DNA of 64,000 nucleotides from Octopus sinensis (lineage: Eukaryota): positions 13,268,001-13,332,000 of the forward strand of contig NC_043003.1 in NCBI RefSeq assembly GCF_006345805.1, written 5' to 3'. The translations under genes and the position numbers were made by a program. Shown one piece after another: positions 14,401-27,700 of the stretch (position 1 is its first letter; the number at the start of each line of letters is the position of its first letter). The notes beneath the pieces are model-generated. The model saw only the letters and a list, made by a program, of their open reading frames with translations, did not search any database and was not told where the DNA came from.

Positions 14401-15382
14401 TTCTCCATCATTCAACAAAAACCCAGAAAACATCATCATCATCATTATTCAACCGTGGTCAAGACAATGGAATTTACTATGTTACACCAGACTTCACAGT
14501 CCATCATAGCATTATGGAGGCCCTGTTGCTGGATGCCTGTATCCCTAAAGATTACATCAGGGTAGGAGAGTGTGCGCCCTCTGGTATCGCGAGCAGATGG
14601 CTTCCAGAGGAGAAGAGTAGAAATTACCTCGTTTTCAGCTCTACAACAATGTCCAGCAAACTGGACTCTTCTACCTTTCACACGAGATGATACAGGTGGT
14701 AATTTCCCATATATTTGTACTTTGGTTGGATGACACTTCCACGAGAGATTTTGAGCTCTCATAAGGAGGCGAGTGTAAGTTCCATCCAACCACCTCTCAA
14801 GCTTCTTTGATAACGTCCAGGTTTCTGAGCCATATAGTAGAATTGGTTCGACTGTGGCTTTGAAGATTTTAAGTTTGAAATCTCTACTTAGATTTGATGA
14901 CCAGATCTTATGCCAGAAAACACTGGCGTGGCTAATCTTTTAAAATTCCACACCAGATGCATTGTGCGCTATCTGTGTTGAAAACTGGGAGACAGTCATT
15001 TGCTATAAATACAGACTTATTTTTTTATCTATCTTACTCAAGTTGAACATTTTAACCAAATAAAATGAATTTACATTCGACGGATATTTGTCCTCATCTT
15101 GTTTGTTATTAACACAATGTTTCGGCTGATATACCCTCCAGCCTTTTTCAGGTGCCTTGGGGAAATTTCGATCCTGGGTTCTCATTCCTAAGGTATTTTT
15201 CGTTGTTATTATTATTATTATTGTTATTGTTCAGATCACTGCTTGGAATAGAACTCAGAATCTTGGGGTGAGTAGCCCGTGCTCTTAACCACTATGCCAC
15301 GAGCATATGGCATAGTGGTTAAGAGCACAGGCTATGAACCCCAAGATTCTGAGTTCGATTCCAAGCAGTGATCTGAATAATA

Positions 15383-15413
<31 letters not shown>

Positions 15414-18400
15414 TTATAATAATAATAATTATAATAATAATAATAATAATAATAATAACGAGATTGAAAAATACCTTAGGAATGAGAACTCAGGTTTGAA
15501 ATTTCCCCAAGACACCTGATAGTGAATAATAAATTTAAAACAATTTGAATAAATTAGCAATATATTTGACAAAGTAATTTGAATGCTAATGGGTTAATGA
15601 GCTTCTTGATGGTCTTATAATCAATGGTGTATTAATTAATGATGTGATTTTACTTCAATAAAAAAATAAGATAAGTCAGTGTATTTAAAATTTTTTAATT
15701 CTTCTTTTTTCCAGTTAATTTTTGAAGCAATTCGAGGGAATGGAAGTTATGGAGACATTGCTATAGATGATATTTCTATTTCTCAAGAATCCTGTTCAAT
15801 CAAACCAATCTATGCCGATCCACAGAAATCAGGTAAGCCTTATTCACTGGACAATTTAGCAGCAATCTACTTACTAGCAAGGGAGGTAATATTCATCATC
15901 ATTGCCACAGGGTCCTGGATACATTCTAGACCAGTGTCTGCAATCAACTTAATATAATGAAATTATTGTATATAGTGCTCAGGTGCACTACAACTTGTCA
16001 ATAGTGCATATAATGCATATGCAGTAATGTACAAATGTCTGGAAAGTGAACAGTGTATGAGTCAGATACATGCTTGCGTGTGTATGGAAGGAAGAAAATC
16101 AGGTGTAGTGTTGGCAAATCTCAGGAAGCATGGAAGATTTGAAGGATGCAATGCCCTGGCAGTTTGTTCCATGCTTCAGCAACTCTCAGCGTGAAAAAAT
16201 GTTTCCAAAAGTCATGGGAGCTGTGCTATTTCCAGACTTTGTAAACATGTCCACAGGTGTTAGACAGGTGGAGTTTGAAAAGGTGCTCAGAGTTATTGTT
16301 AGTAAGATGGTTAATAATTTTATGGGTGTCTGCCAAGTCAGCTGCCAGACGTCGGAGTTTCAATGTATCCATGCCCAGGGAAGTAAGGCGTTCAGAATAT
16401 GGCAAATACCTGATGGAGGGTATTATCTTGGTTGCACGTCACTGAACGGCTTCCAGATGATTAATATCCTGGGCATGATAGAGGTTATCAATGTAGGTGT
16501 GACAATGTTTTACTTTCCTTACATCACCATAAAGTGGGTTCTACAAAACTAATTTCAGTGCCTTCAATTCACGGTGGCGTATGCAGTGACCAGATTGTCA
16601 CAGCCATTTTTGTTTGATCTTCTCACTAACTTTCAACAGGTCTCCCTGAAAGCATTGATTTTTCATATGTAGCTTCTTTTGTTTTTTGTCTTGCAAATAC
16701 TTGGTGACCCTGTCAGTGCAGGGACCACCTAAAAGCACCCAGTCTACACTATAAAGTGGTCGGTGTTCGGAAGGGCATCTAGCTGTAAAAACCTTGCCAA
16801 AACTGTTCTCACCTGTGCTTGTACCATGTGAAAAGCGCTACTGACCTCTCCTGTGCTCGGGCCATGTAAAAAGCACTAAGTCCATTCTGCTGAATGGTTG
16901 GTATTAGGAAGAGCATCCAGCTGTAAAGATCCTGTCAAAACAATCAGAAGTCTGGTGCAGGCTTCTGCCTGGCTGTCTCTTGTGAAACCGTCCCACTCAT
17001 GCTAGCATGGAAAGCGAACATTAAATGATGATGATGATGGTGGTGGTAGTGGTGGTGGTGGTGGTGGTGACGCTTCACATTCAGGGCCATTCGTAGCATC
17101 CTTGTGTAGCATCCATTTATCCCATTTGATAATTTCTTTATCAGTGTCTATGTTTCACTATTATGGCAGTTCTGTCACAGACGATGGATATTTCATTTCA
17201 TCTAGAAATGATTTGAAACATATTCTGCCATAATGAGACTAGTTTCTATAAATTTGGGATTCATGGTGGAGCATGTGAATATTAACAGCTGTGTGGTTAA
17301 GAAGCTCACTTTGCAACCACATGACTTTGGGTTCAGTCCCACAACACATCACCTTGGGCAAGCATCTTTTACAATAGGCCCAAGCTGACTTGCCTTGTGA
17401 GTGAATCTGGCTGATGAAAACTGTGTGGAAGCCCTTCATGTTTAGACAGACAGACAGATAGGTGTGTGTGAGTGTGTTTGTGTGTATGTTTTGTGTCTGT
17501 TTGTCCCCCACATACTGCTTAACAACCTGTGTTGGTTTGTTGATATCCTAGTAACTTAGGTTAGCAAAAGAGACCAACAGAATAAATGCCAGATTTAAAG
17601 AGGACAATAAGTCTTGGGCTCAATCTGTTAAATTAAAATCCTTCAAGGCAGTGCCCCAGCTTTGCCACAGTCCAGTGCTTGTGATTCAATTAAAAAAAGA
17701 TTTTAAAGCATGTCTATACCCATCCAAAGAATATCAGTTGTACAACATTATAAAAACATTAAAAAAAACAAAAAGAAAACAAACAAAATACACCAATTAA
17801 ACAATATTAGTAGTGAATCATCACCCGAGGAAATAGAATATTCCTTATAATTATTTAGAAAAATATTACACTCTCGGAGAGGTTGGCTGTAGGAAGGGCA
17901 TCCAGCTATAGAAACTATGTTGAATCAGACTGGAGTCTGTGCAGCCCCTCAACTTGCCAGCCCTGGTCAAACCGTCCAACTCATGCCAACATGGGCAACA
18001 GTGGAGGCACATGGCCTAGTGGTTAGAGCAGCAGACTCGTGGTCGAGGGATCGTCGGTTCAAATCTCAGACCGGGCGATGTGTGTGTGTGTATGAGCGAA
18101 ACAGCTAAGCTCCATACAGCTCCGGTAGAAGGTAATGGTGAACTTCTGCTGACTCTTTAGCCACAACTTTCTCTCACTCTTTCCTCCTGCATCTCGCAGC
18201 TCACCTGCGACAGACTGGCATCCTGTCCCGGTGGGGAACGTATACACCAAGGAAAACGGGAAACCGGCCCTTATGAGCCAGGCATGGCTTGAGAAGGAAC
18301 AAACAACAAACATGGACAACAGATGTTAAATGGTGATGATGATGATAATGATGATGATTACCATTCCTTTGAAAACCAAAACAGATGACTTTTTTTTTTC

Positions 18401-20526
18401 CAAATTTTAAATTCCCTTCTTTCTTTGTACAGAATTCCAGGAGGTGTCTTGTTCTTTTGACATGAGCTTCTGCCAATGGTATCTTGATTCAAAATCAGAT
18501 TTTAACTGGACTCTGGCTGGATATTATAAACGTATTAAACCACGTACAGGATCAGGTGAATTCTTATATTTTCCATTATTTTTTTTTTTTTTAAGCACTA
18601 AGAACTTAATTCAAAATAAAACTTTGGCTTTTTTTTTATTACTTTCCAGTAAGTGATTTATCTGACCTACATCAATTCATATACTATAATTTTCCTGGAA
18701 TCTGAATTACTTTTTGCTATGGGAGAATCCTGAACACACCCACATAACTGAATGTGGACTAACAGATTACAATAAATAAGAACTGAGTGAATTGTCAGCA
18801 GGGGTAGTTGATGGTGTTAGTTTGACCGTGTGTTGGTTTAACAGTCGGTATTTGAACAGTGGATACTGAATATTGTACCTACATTCAAGTAGTATGGAGT
18901 GTATGCTGTGTTAACATATATTTCTGTGATAGGTTATTTTTAGATAACCACAACAAACTATTTATTTGTGTAATACCATTTTACACCAGATGTGTATACC
19001 CACATCATAACACTTTACAACCACCCATGTTTTTCTTCTAAAGACTAACATGCAAGAATGAACTGACATCACCAAGCCATTCTTTTTCAATACGGTCGGA
19101 AGGTCTGAAAAGGTTATTGCACTATACTTCCTCCTTAGATTTATCAATTAATGAGATGAGTTAATTCATAGAGTCACAATTTTGTCCCTCTTCAAACAAA
19201 TTAAACATTCTGAAAAGTTTCATTACAAAAGGAAAAATCTGCTAAAATGGATAAAGATGTGAGTCAGAACCTTTCCTTAGGTCAGCTGCACTTGTCAGAG
19301 AAGTCAGTTGCACTTGTAGAAGCAGGCAGTATTTGAGGCTATTGCCATCTGTCAATAGAAACTAACTGCATTTATCAGAGTCAACTGCACTTGTAGAGGT
19401 CACTTAAACTTGTAGAGACCAGCTGCACTTGCAGAGACCAGCTGCACTTGCAGAGACCAGCTGCACTGGTAGAGACCAGCTGCACTCATAGAGACCAGCT
19501 GCAGTTGTAGAGACCAGCAGCTGCATTCATAGATACTAGCTACACTGATAGACACTAGCTGCACTTGTAGAGATCAGCTGCACTTGTAGATATCACCTGC
19601 ATTTATAATGATCAGCTGCACTTGAAGAGGCCAGCTTCACTGGTAGAAAGCTGCACTTGTAGGGCTAGCTGCACTTGTAGAAGTCAGCTGCATTTGTAGA
19701 AGCCAGCTGCACTAGTAGAGACCTGCTGCACTTGTAGAGACCAGCTACAATTGTAGGGACCAACTGCACTTGTAGGGGCCAGCTGCACTGGTAGAGGCCG
19801 GCTTCATTTATTTAGGCCAGCTGCATTTATTGGAGCCAGTTGCATTTATTGAGTCCAGCTGCATTTGTAGAGGCCAGCATTTGCTTGCTGTAACACCAGG
19901 CTGTAGTACCAAGCGTTGTTACCCATCAATTTCATTCACAAATGAGTAACATAATTACATACACATTTTCATATACTCTACTGTAATATATAAATAAAGT
20001 TCGTTATATTTCATTTTCCCATTGTTTATTTCACTTTTGTAGGGTCATATATCTATATCAAAAGTTTCCAGAGTAAAAAAGGCAGCAATGCTATGATACA
20101 CACAACACTTTTGGCACCGACATCAACTGGTGGCAACTGCCTGTCTTTCTGGTACTATATGTATGGATCCAACATAGGTACTTTGAATGTATACATGACA
20201 AAATTCGGTCGTAAAGTATTAATCTGGACTAAGCGAGGCTCTCAAGAAAACCAATGGAATTATGCTCATTTGAATGTTGAAAATGATTATAACTTCATGG
20301 TAAGATATGTGTTGTTTACTCTTTTACTCTTTTACTTGTTTCAGTCATTTGACTGAGGCCGTGCTGGAGCACCGCCTGTATTTGAGCAAATCGACCCCCA
20401 GGTCTTATTCTTTGTAAGCCTAGTTCTTATTCCATCAGTCTCTTTTGCCAAACCGCTAAGTTACGAGGATGTAAACACACCACCATCGGTTGCCAAGTGA
20501 TGTTGGGGGGACAAACACAGACACAC

Positions 20527-20604
<78 letters not shown>

Positions 20605-21665
20605 CAACAGGCTTCTTTCAGTTTCCATCTACCAAATCCACTCCCAAGGCTTTGGTCGGCCCGAGGCTATAGTAGAAGACACTTGCCGAAGATGCCACAC
20701 AGTGGGACTGAACTCGGAACCATGTGGTTCGTAAGCAAGCTACTAACCACACAGCCACTCCTATGCCTATTTCTTTGTCTTTTAAGACATTCCACATTTA
20801 AGCCCAGTTTTCATTCTAAATGATCCCTATTAGCCAAATCAAATTCTGTTTCATTTTTGCACTTAGGTTTTCAACTATATGCAGCAAGTTTTATATTATT
20901 TATTTATGCATTTTGATATTTTGGTGTGCTGGAGTGGTTGTATAGTCAAGAAATTTGCTCCCCAACCATGTGGTTTTGGTTTCAATCCTACTATCTTGCA
21001 CCTTGGGCAAGTGTCATCTAATATAGCTCTGAGCTATCAAAGCCCTGTGAGTAGAATTAGGGATTTGGTAAATGGAAAAAGGAAAAAAATCCACAGTGTG
21101 TGTGTATGCATATATTATGTGTGTGTGTGTGTATGTGTGTGTGAAGGCACATAGCTTAGTGGTTTGGGCATTTGGCTCACGATTGTAAGGTCGTGAGTTC
21201 AATTCCCGGTGACATCTTGTGTCCTTGAGCAAGACACTTTATTTCACATTGCTCCAGTCCACTCAGCTGGCAAAAATGAGTTGTACCTGTATTTCAGAGG
21301 GCCGGCCTTGTCACACTCTGTGTCACGCTGAATCTCCCTAAGAACTACGTTAGGGGTACACATGTCTGTGGATTGCTCAGTCATTTGCACGTTAATTTCA
21401 TGAGCAGACTGTTCCGTTGATTGTATCAGCTGGGACCCTCATATATACATATATACACATAAGTTATCTAAAAGTCCATAAGTCAAGAAAAAGATGCACT
21501 TGTATATCTGTCAATAGAGTGATATTTCATTCCATATCAGCTACCTCTGATGAGTGTAGGGTTATATAATCGGATCGTTACCTAACACTCTGTTGTACCC
21601 CTAGCATGAAACTGGTTGGTAAGATCTGCCATGATGGATATATAATACTGTACACTTTGAATAAT

Positions 21666-21697
<32 letters not shown>

Positions 21698-21846
21698 GCA
21701 TATATATATATATGTGCATGCATATATATATATAACTACATGTGGATTGTTCGCGATTTTTTTCCTCCATCTTCCTCTTATGTTGGACTTTCCTCTGTCT
21801 CTGTTTCTGAAGAAGGTCCTTCCTTGAAACATAAAAAGAATCCCGT

Positions 21847-21882
<36 letters not shown>

Positions 21883-24733
21883 TGTGTCTGTATTTGTCCC
21901 CCCACCATCGCTTGACAACCAATGCAGTTCAGCAAAAGTGACCAGTAGGATAAGTACTAGGCTTACAAAGAATAAGTCCTGGGGTCGATTTGTTCAACTG
22001 AAGGCGGTGCTCCAACATGGCCACAGTCAAATGACTAAAACAAATAAAAGAATAAAAGAATACCAATTCTTTGTTTTCACAATTTTAACTGTTTCGATAT
22101 TATTAGACTTATATTTGTGCATGTGTGTACTGTGTGTGTGTGTGTGTACGTGTGTGCGAATGTGTGTATGTGTGTGCACATGTGTATGAATGTGTGTATG
22201 TGCATGTGTGTGTGTGCGCATGTGTGTGTGAGTGTGTGTGTGTGTGCATGTGGGTGGGTGTGTCCACATGTGTGCTCATGTGCGTGTGTGTGTCTGTGCG
22301 TGTGTGTGAATGTTTGTGTGTATGTGCATGTATGTGTATGTGTGTATGTACGTGTGTGCGAATGTGCGTATGTGTGTGCGCATGTGTATGTGCATGTGTG
22401 TGTGCACGTGTGTGTGTATGGGTGTGTGTGTGCACATGTGTGCTCATGTGCGTGTGTGTGTCTGTGCGTGTGTGTAAATGTTTGTATGTGCATGTATGTG
22501 TGTGTGTGTATGTACGTGTGTGCGAATTGGCGTATGTGTGTGCACGTGTGTATGTGCATGTGTGTGTGCACGTGTGTGTGTATGGGTGTGTGTGTGCACA
22601 TGTGTGCTCATGTGCGTGTGTGTGAATGTTTGTGTGTGTGTATGTGTGTGTGGGTACTCATTATATATAGACTTTAAATACAATACAGTTAACTTAGTTC
22701 ATTTATACAGTTTGTTACCATAAAAATTTCTTTAAGTTACCAATAAATATATCATTGACTTTTGAACTTTATTTCATTATTATTTGTTAGCAGAATTTTC
22801 AATTTATATGATAAGGTAAAAGTACAACTCTCTTTTCAAATTTTCTCTTAATATTACAGATTTAATGTTTTTCTCTTTAGAACATATATGCTGGATCATT
22901 TTTCCCTATTTGTTGTTAATCCTCTGCACAGAAAGAGAGAAAGATGTAATATTTTTTGGCAATATATTCTTACCCTATTTATTGGTAGCATAACTTTTTA
23001 AAACTACTGACATCTACAAAACAGAAAAAACAAAAATGGTTTCTATCAGATTTAGTTTTGTCAGTTTAGAAATGTGTTTATTATATTTGTTTCAGCTGTA
23101 CATTGAATTTGTTACAAATGGTAGATCAACAGGAATGGTGGCAGTTGATGATATTTTCATGGATACCAATGGTTGTCCTCATCCACGTATGTTTTTTTTT
23201 TATGTTAATTAAATATTCATTTAAAATTATGAGAAATTAATTTATTGTTAATTCTTGATAAAAAAAAAATTTAATTCCAAGATAAAAGCAATATATGATG
23301 AGCAAACAACATCATCATCATTTAGCGTCCGCTTTCCACGCTAGCATGGGTTGGACGGTTCAACTGGGGTCTGTGAAGCTGGAAGGCTTCGTCAGGCCCA
23401 GTCAGATCTGGCAGTGTTTCTACAGCTGGATGCCCTTCCTAACGCCAACCACTCCGTGAGTGTAGTGGGTGCTTTTTACGTGCCACCCGCACAGGTGCCA
23501 GACAGAGCTGGCAAACGGCCACGAACGGATGGTGCTTTTACTTGTCACCGGCACGGGGCCAGGCGAGGCTGGCAACGGACACGAATGGATGGTGCTTTTA
23601 CGTGCCACCGACACGGGGGCCAGACGAAACAAAAATATGAAGCCAGTGTATTACACCATGAGGAAAAGAAAAGGGTTTACAATGTTTTGAACACAAAGGC
23701 CCTTTGTCAAGATTTCTTGTTTATTTTACTAAAAGGTTTTTATATTGAGAATACCGAAAGTCCTTTCCTTCCCTCATGGCAGAATACATAAAAGCTGTAC
23801 TTCTGTTTCATTGTTGCTTCTTTTACAGCCTTTATTGGGACTTATATTCACTGATGCAAGCCAAAGCCCAGGCTTCTCAGATTCTGGATTGCATGTTTAC
23901 TTAACAAAAGCAATGAAGCTAAAATTTTGAAGTCACTAATCAATCTTTTTTTTGTAAAAATTAAATACAACACTCTACTGAGAGATATTGAGTGACTCTT
24001 CAATTAATATTTACTGTTTTTAACTACAGATAATCTTAACTTACATTAAGTCTCTCAATTTGGATGGTCAAAGTGGTGATGTTTCAGTGGTGCATCTGCT
24101 TTTGTTTGTTGTTTTTTTTTCCTTTTTATAAATATATGTATGTATGCACATATACATTTGGGTTTAATTGATTCTTTGTCCATATTTTTTTTTTCTGTTA
24201 AAAGAAAATTGAATATAAGTATGATGGGAGGGACAACAATTTTGAAGGGTTGGCTGAATATATGACTGTTAACTCCTGAAGTAATCTTAACAATTTCATG
24301 TTTTTATTTCCATTTATTTACTTATTTGTATTATTTAATGCAGGTTCATGTGATTTTGAAGTGGATACATGTGGCTGGACAATTGAAACTAAACTGACAA
24401 ACTTGTGGAGAAAATCAACTTATTTCAGCCAAATTCCTGACCATACTACTGGAACAAAATCAGGTATTTCAATGAAAATACACACAACTACACACCTAAA
24501 CACACACATACAATAATCCTTTCTACTATAGGCACAATTTGAGAGGAGGGGCAAGTCGATTACATTGATCCCAGTGTTTCACTGGTACTTAATTTATCAG
24601 TCCCAAAAGGATGAAAGGCAGAGTCAGCCTCGACAGAATTTGAACTTAAAACATTAAGATGGATGAAATACCACCAGGAATTTCCCCTGGCATGCTAATG
24701 ACTCTGCCAGCTCGCCACCTTCAACACAAACAT

Positions 24734-24782
<49 letters not shown>

Positions 24783-27700
24783 TAATCATTCTTTCTACTA
24801 TAGGCACAAGGCCAGAAATTTGTGGGGAGGGGCCTAGTCAATTCCATTGATCATTGTCCTCACCTGGTACTTATTTTACTGACCCTGAAGAAATTACTGA
24901 CAAAATTGACTTCAGCAGAATTTGAACTCAGAACAAGCCAGGAGGAATTCCGCTAATAATAATATACTACCTGGGAGGCTACAACACCCACACAGCCATC
25001 TAAACGGTTGAAGGATATTGGAATTGAGACTTGCAGTGTCAACCTGCAGAAAAGTAGAATCCTGCATTTTGAAAAAAATCGTAGAAAGATTTTTGAGATT
25101 CAGGGAATGATGCTGTTGTCACCAAATCTCAAAACAAAATCCCTGCAAACTAATATTACATACAATGGTTATAAAAATAACAACAACAATAATAATAATA
25201 ATAATAATCATAGGAGTGGCTGTGTGGTAAGTAGCTTGCTTACGAACCACATGGTTCCGGGTTCAGTCCCACTGCATGGCACCTTGAGCAAGTGTCTTCT
25301 ACTATAGCCTTGGGCCAACCAAAGGCTTGTGAGTGGATTTGGTAGACAGCAACTGAAAGAAGCCTGTCGTATATCTGTATATATACATGTGTGTGTGTGT
25401 ATGTGTGTGTATGTTTGTGTATCTGTGTTTCTTCCCCCAACATCGCTTGACAACAGTTGCTGGTGTGTTTACGTCCCCATAACCTAGAGGTTCGGCAAAA
25501 GAGACCGACAGAATAAGTACTAGGCCTACAAAGAATAAGTCCCGGGGTCGATTTGCTTGACTAAAGGTGGTGCTCCAACATGGCCACAGTCAAATGATTG
25601 ATGGTGGAGGAGGGTAAACTATGCTGGATCATAGATATAGCATGCCCAGCTGACAACAAGGTATGCAATAAGGAAGAAAGAAAAGTCGAGAGATATGACA
25701 TATTGGCTTGGGAGGTTAAGCAGTTGTGGTCAATGGAAAGGGTGGTAGTAGTACTGATAACTGTCAGAGCGCTGGGAATAGTGAGTAAAAATCTTGAGAA
25801 GTACATGGAACAATTAGGGGCTGCAATAAGGGTGGAACACTTGCAGAAAACAGCACTGCTTGGGACCGCTCAAATACTCTGGAAGGTGCTCGAAAAATAA
25901 GAGGTATTACTTTAGTTCACTGGTAGTAAACAGCTGACACTGCAGTACATCTCCAGTGTTAGAAGCTGTGTTAAGGAAATAATAATAATAATAACAATAA
26001 TAATAATAATGTGTATTCTTGAGCATATAGTTGTATGTCTAAATATGTTCATATGTATTTAAATGATAAACTTCTGGAAAGTTTTACAGATCTTTACAGT
26101 TCCAGTGATGGATTGGATCTGTAGTCTTCAAATCAGCTTTCTCCTTTCTGGTTTTGAGATGCCTAATTTGTCATGATTGGTGTTACATATCCCATTGTCC
26201 CAATAATTACAGGTATAAACCTGAACTTGTAATCTGCAAAGAGAAGCCGTAGATTCCTCAATAGTTTAGTATAGGTATATTCTTATGTCTGTCTATCTAT
26301 CTGTCTGTCTGTCTATCTATCTGTCTGTCTGTATATGTGTATGCATGCAAGTAGTATGTATGTATGTATGTATGTATAAGTAAAGTAACTAATAAGGAAA
26401 ACAGAGGGCTTCTAACAATGCATAATGGGTAAGTTAAGTTATATATTTCAAGCACAAAGGCCCAGTATAAGAAATAAATGTTTTAAGGATATCAAAGTTT
26501 ACTTAGATCCCACCATGTTGAATGTTGCAAAAGTGGAGTCATTATCTATATGATAATGAACATGACAGGATCTGCATAAATTTACATACCTATTTCTTTA
26601 CTACCCACAAGGGGCTAAACACAGAGAGGACAAACAAGGACAGACAAACGGATTAAGTCGATTATATCGACCCCAATGCGTAACTGGTACTTATTTAATC
26701 GACCCCGAAAGGACGAAAGGCAAAGTCGACCTCGACGGAATTTGAACTCATAACATAGCAGCAGACGAAATACCTATTTCTTTACTACCCACAAGGGGCT
26801 AAACACAGAGAACACAAACAAGGACAGACAAATAGATTAAGTCGATTATATCAACCCCAGTGCGTAACTAGTACTTATTTAATTGATCCCGAAAGGATGA
26901 AAGGCAAAGTTAACCTCGGTGGAATTTGAACTCAGAACGTAGCCGCAGACGAAATACAGCTAAGCATTTCGCCCGCCGTGCTAATGTTTCTGCCAGCTCG
27001 CCACCTTATAAATTTACATACCTTTAATCTATTAACTTCCTATGACGGGCCTTTCTACCTGAAATATATAAAGGTTATTTAAATTCCATTTTTCTCATTG
27101 TTAGAAGCTCTCTCTCTCTTCATTATCTGTTGTCTTTCTTCTTTAATCAAATTACAATTTCTCTTTTTTTTTTCTCTCTCTCTCTCTCAGGTCACTACGT
27201 CTATGCATCTTCCTCCCGATACGGAAGAAGAACAAAAATTGCTCGTCTGACAAGTCCGCCTTTCCCGCCTGCTTCCCAATCATGTTTAAGATTTTGGTAC
27301 AACATGAATGTACAGAATAGCAGTGCACTTCAGCTGTATGTTAAAACAGGCTTTTTTAAACGGCAAGTATGGGAACGTACTGGAAACCAAGGAAAAGAAT
27401 GGTGGCAAGGCCATGCAAACATTGTTGTTCCATTGCAGCAACTGGGAGTAACTTATAAGGTATTTATATTTATATATAAAAGGTGATTTTTTTCTAATTT
27501 TTATATATATATTATATTGTGTGAAATTTGATTTAGTATTTCTAATTTGAATTTTTTTCTCTAAGTTAGGATTAATATTCCCTCAAATAATAATTATTAT
27601 ATTTATATATAGATATATAGAAGTAAGTATATATTTTTATGTTTATTATTTCTTTATTGCCCACAAGGGGCTAAACATAGGTGGGGGGACAAACAAGGAC

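Noticed and set aside
15833-18432. Hidden LDL-A exon after domain C (also checked after domain F)
   Set aside because: No C..CI....CDG..DC.D.SDE-type motif was seen and phases join without it. A small exon cannot be fully excluded by eye.
18556-18600. Intron read-through peptides resembling GxYLY (GEFLYF after exon 7, GDYLSL after exon 18)
   Set aside because: They run into poly-T and stops, and the true GxY exons follow in the correct phase, so this is likely chance.
22027-22723. Long His/Thr- or Cys/Val-rich ORFs
   Set aside because: These are translations of TG/CA microsatellite, open in nearly all frames. The same applies to the 12617-13106 and 42814-43445 trinucleotide ORFs.
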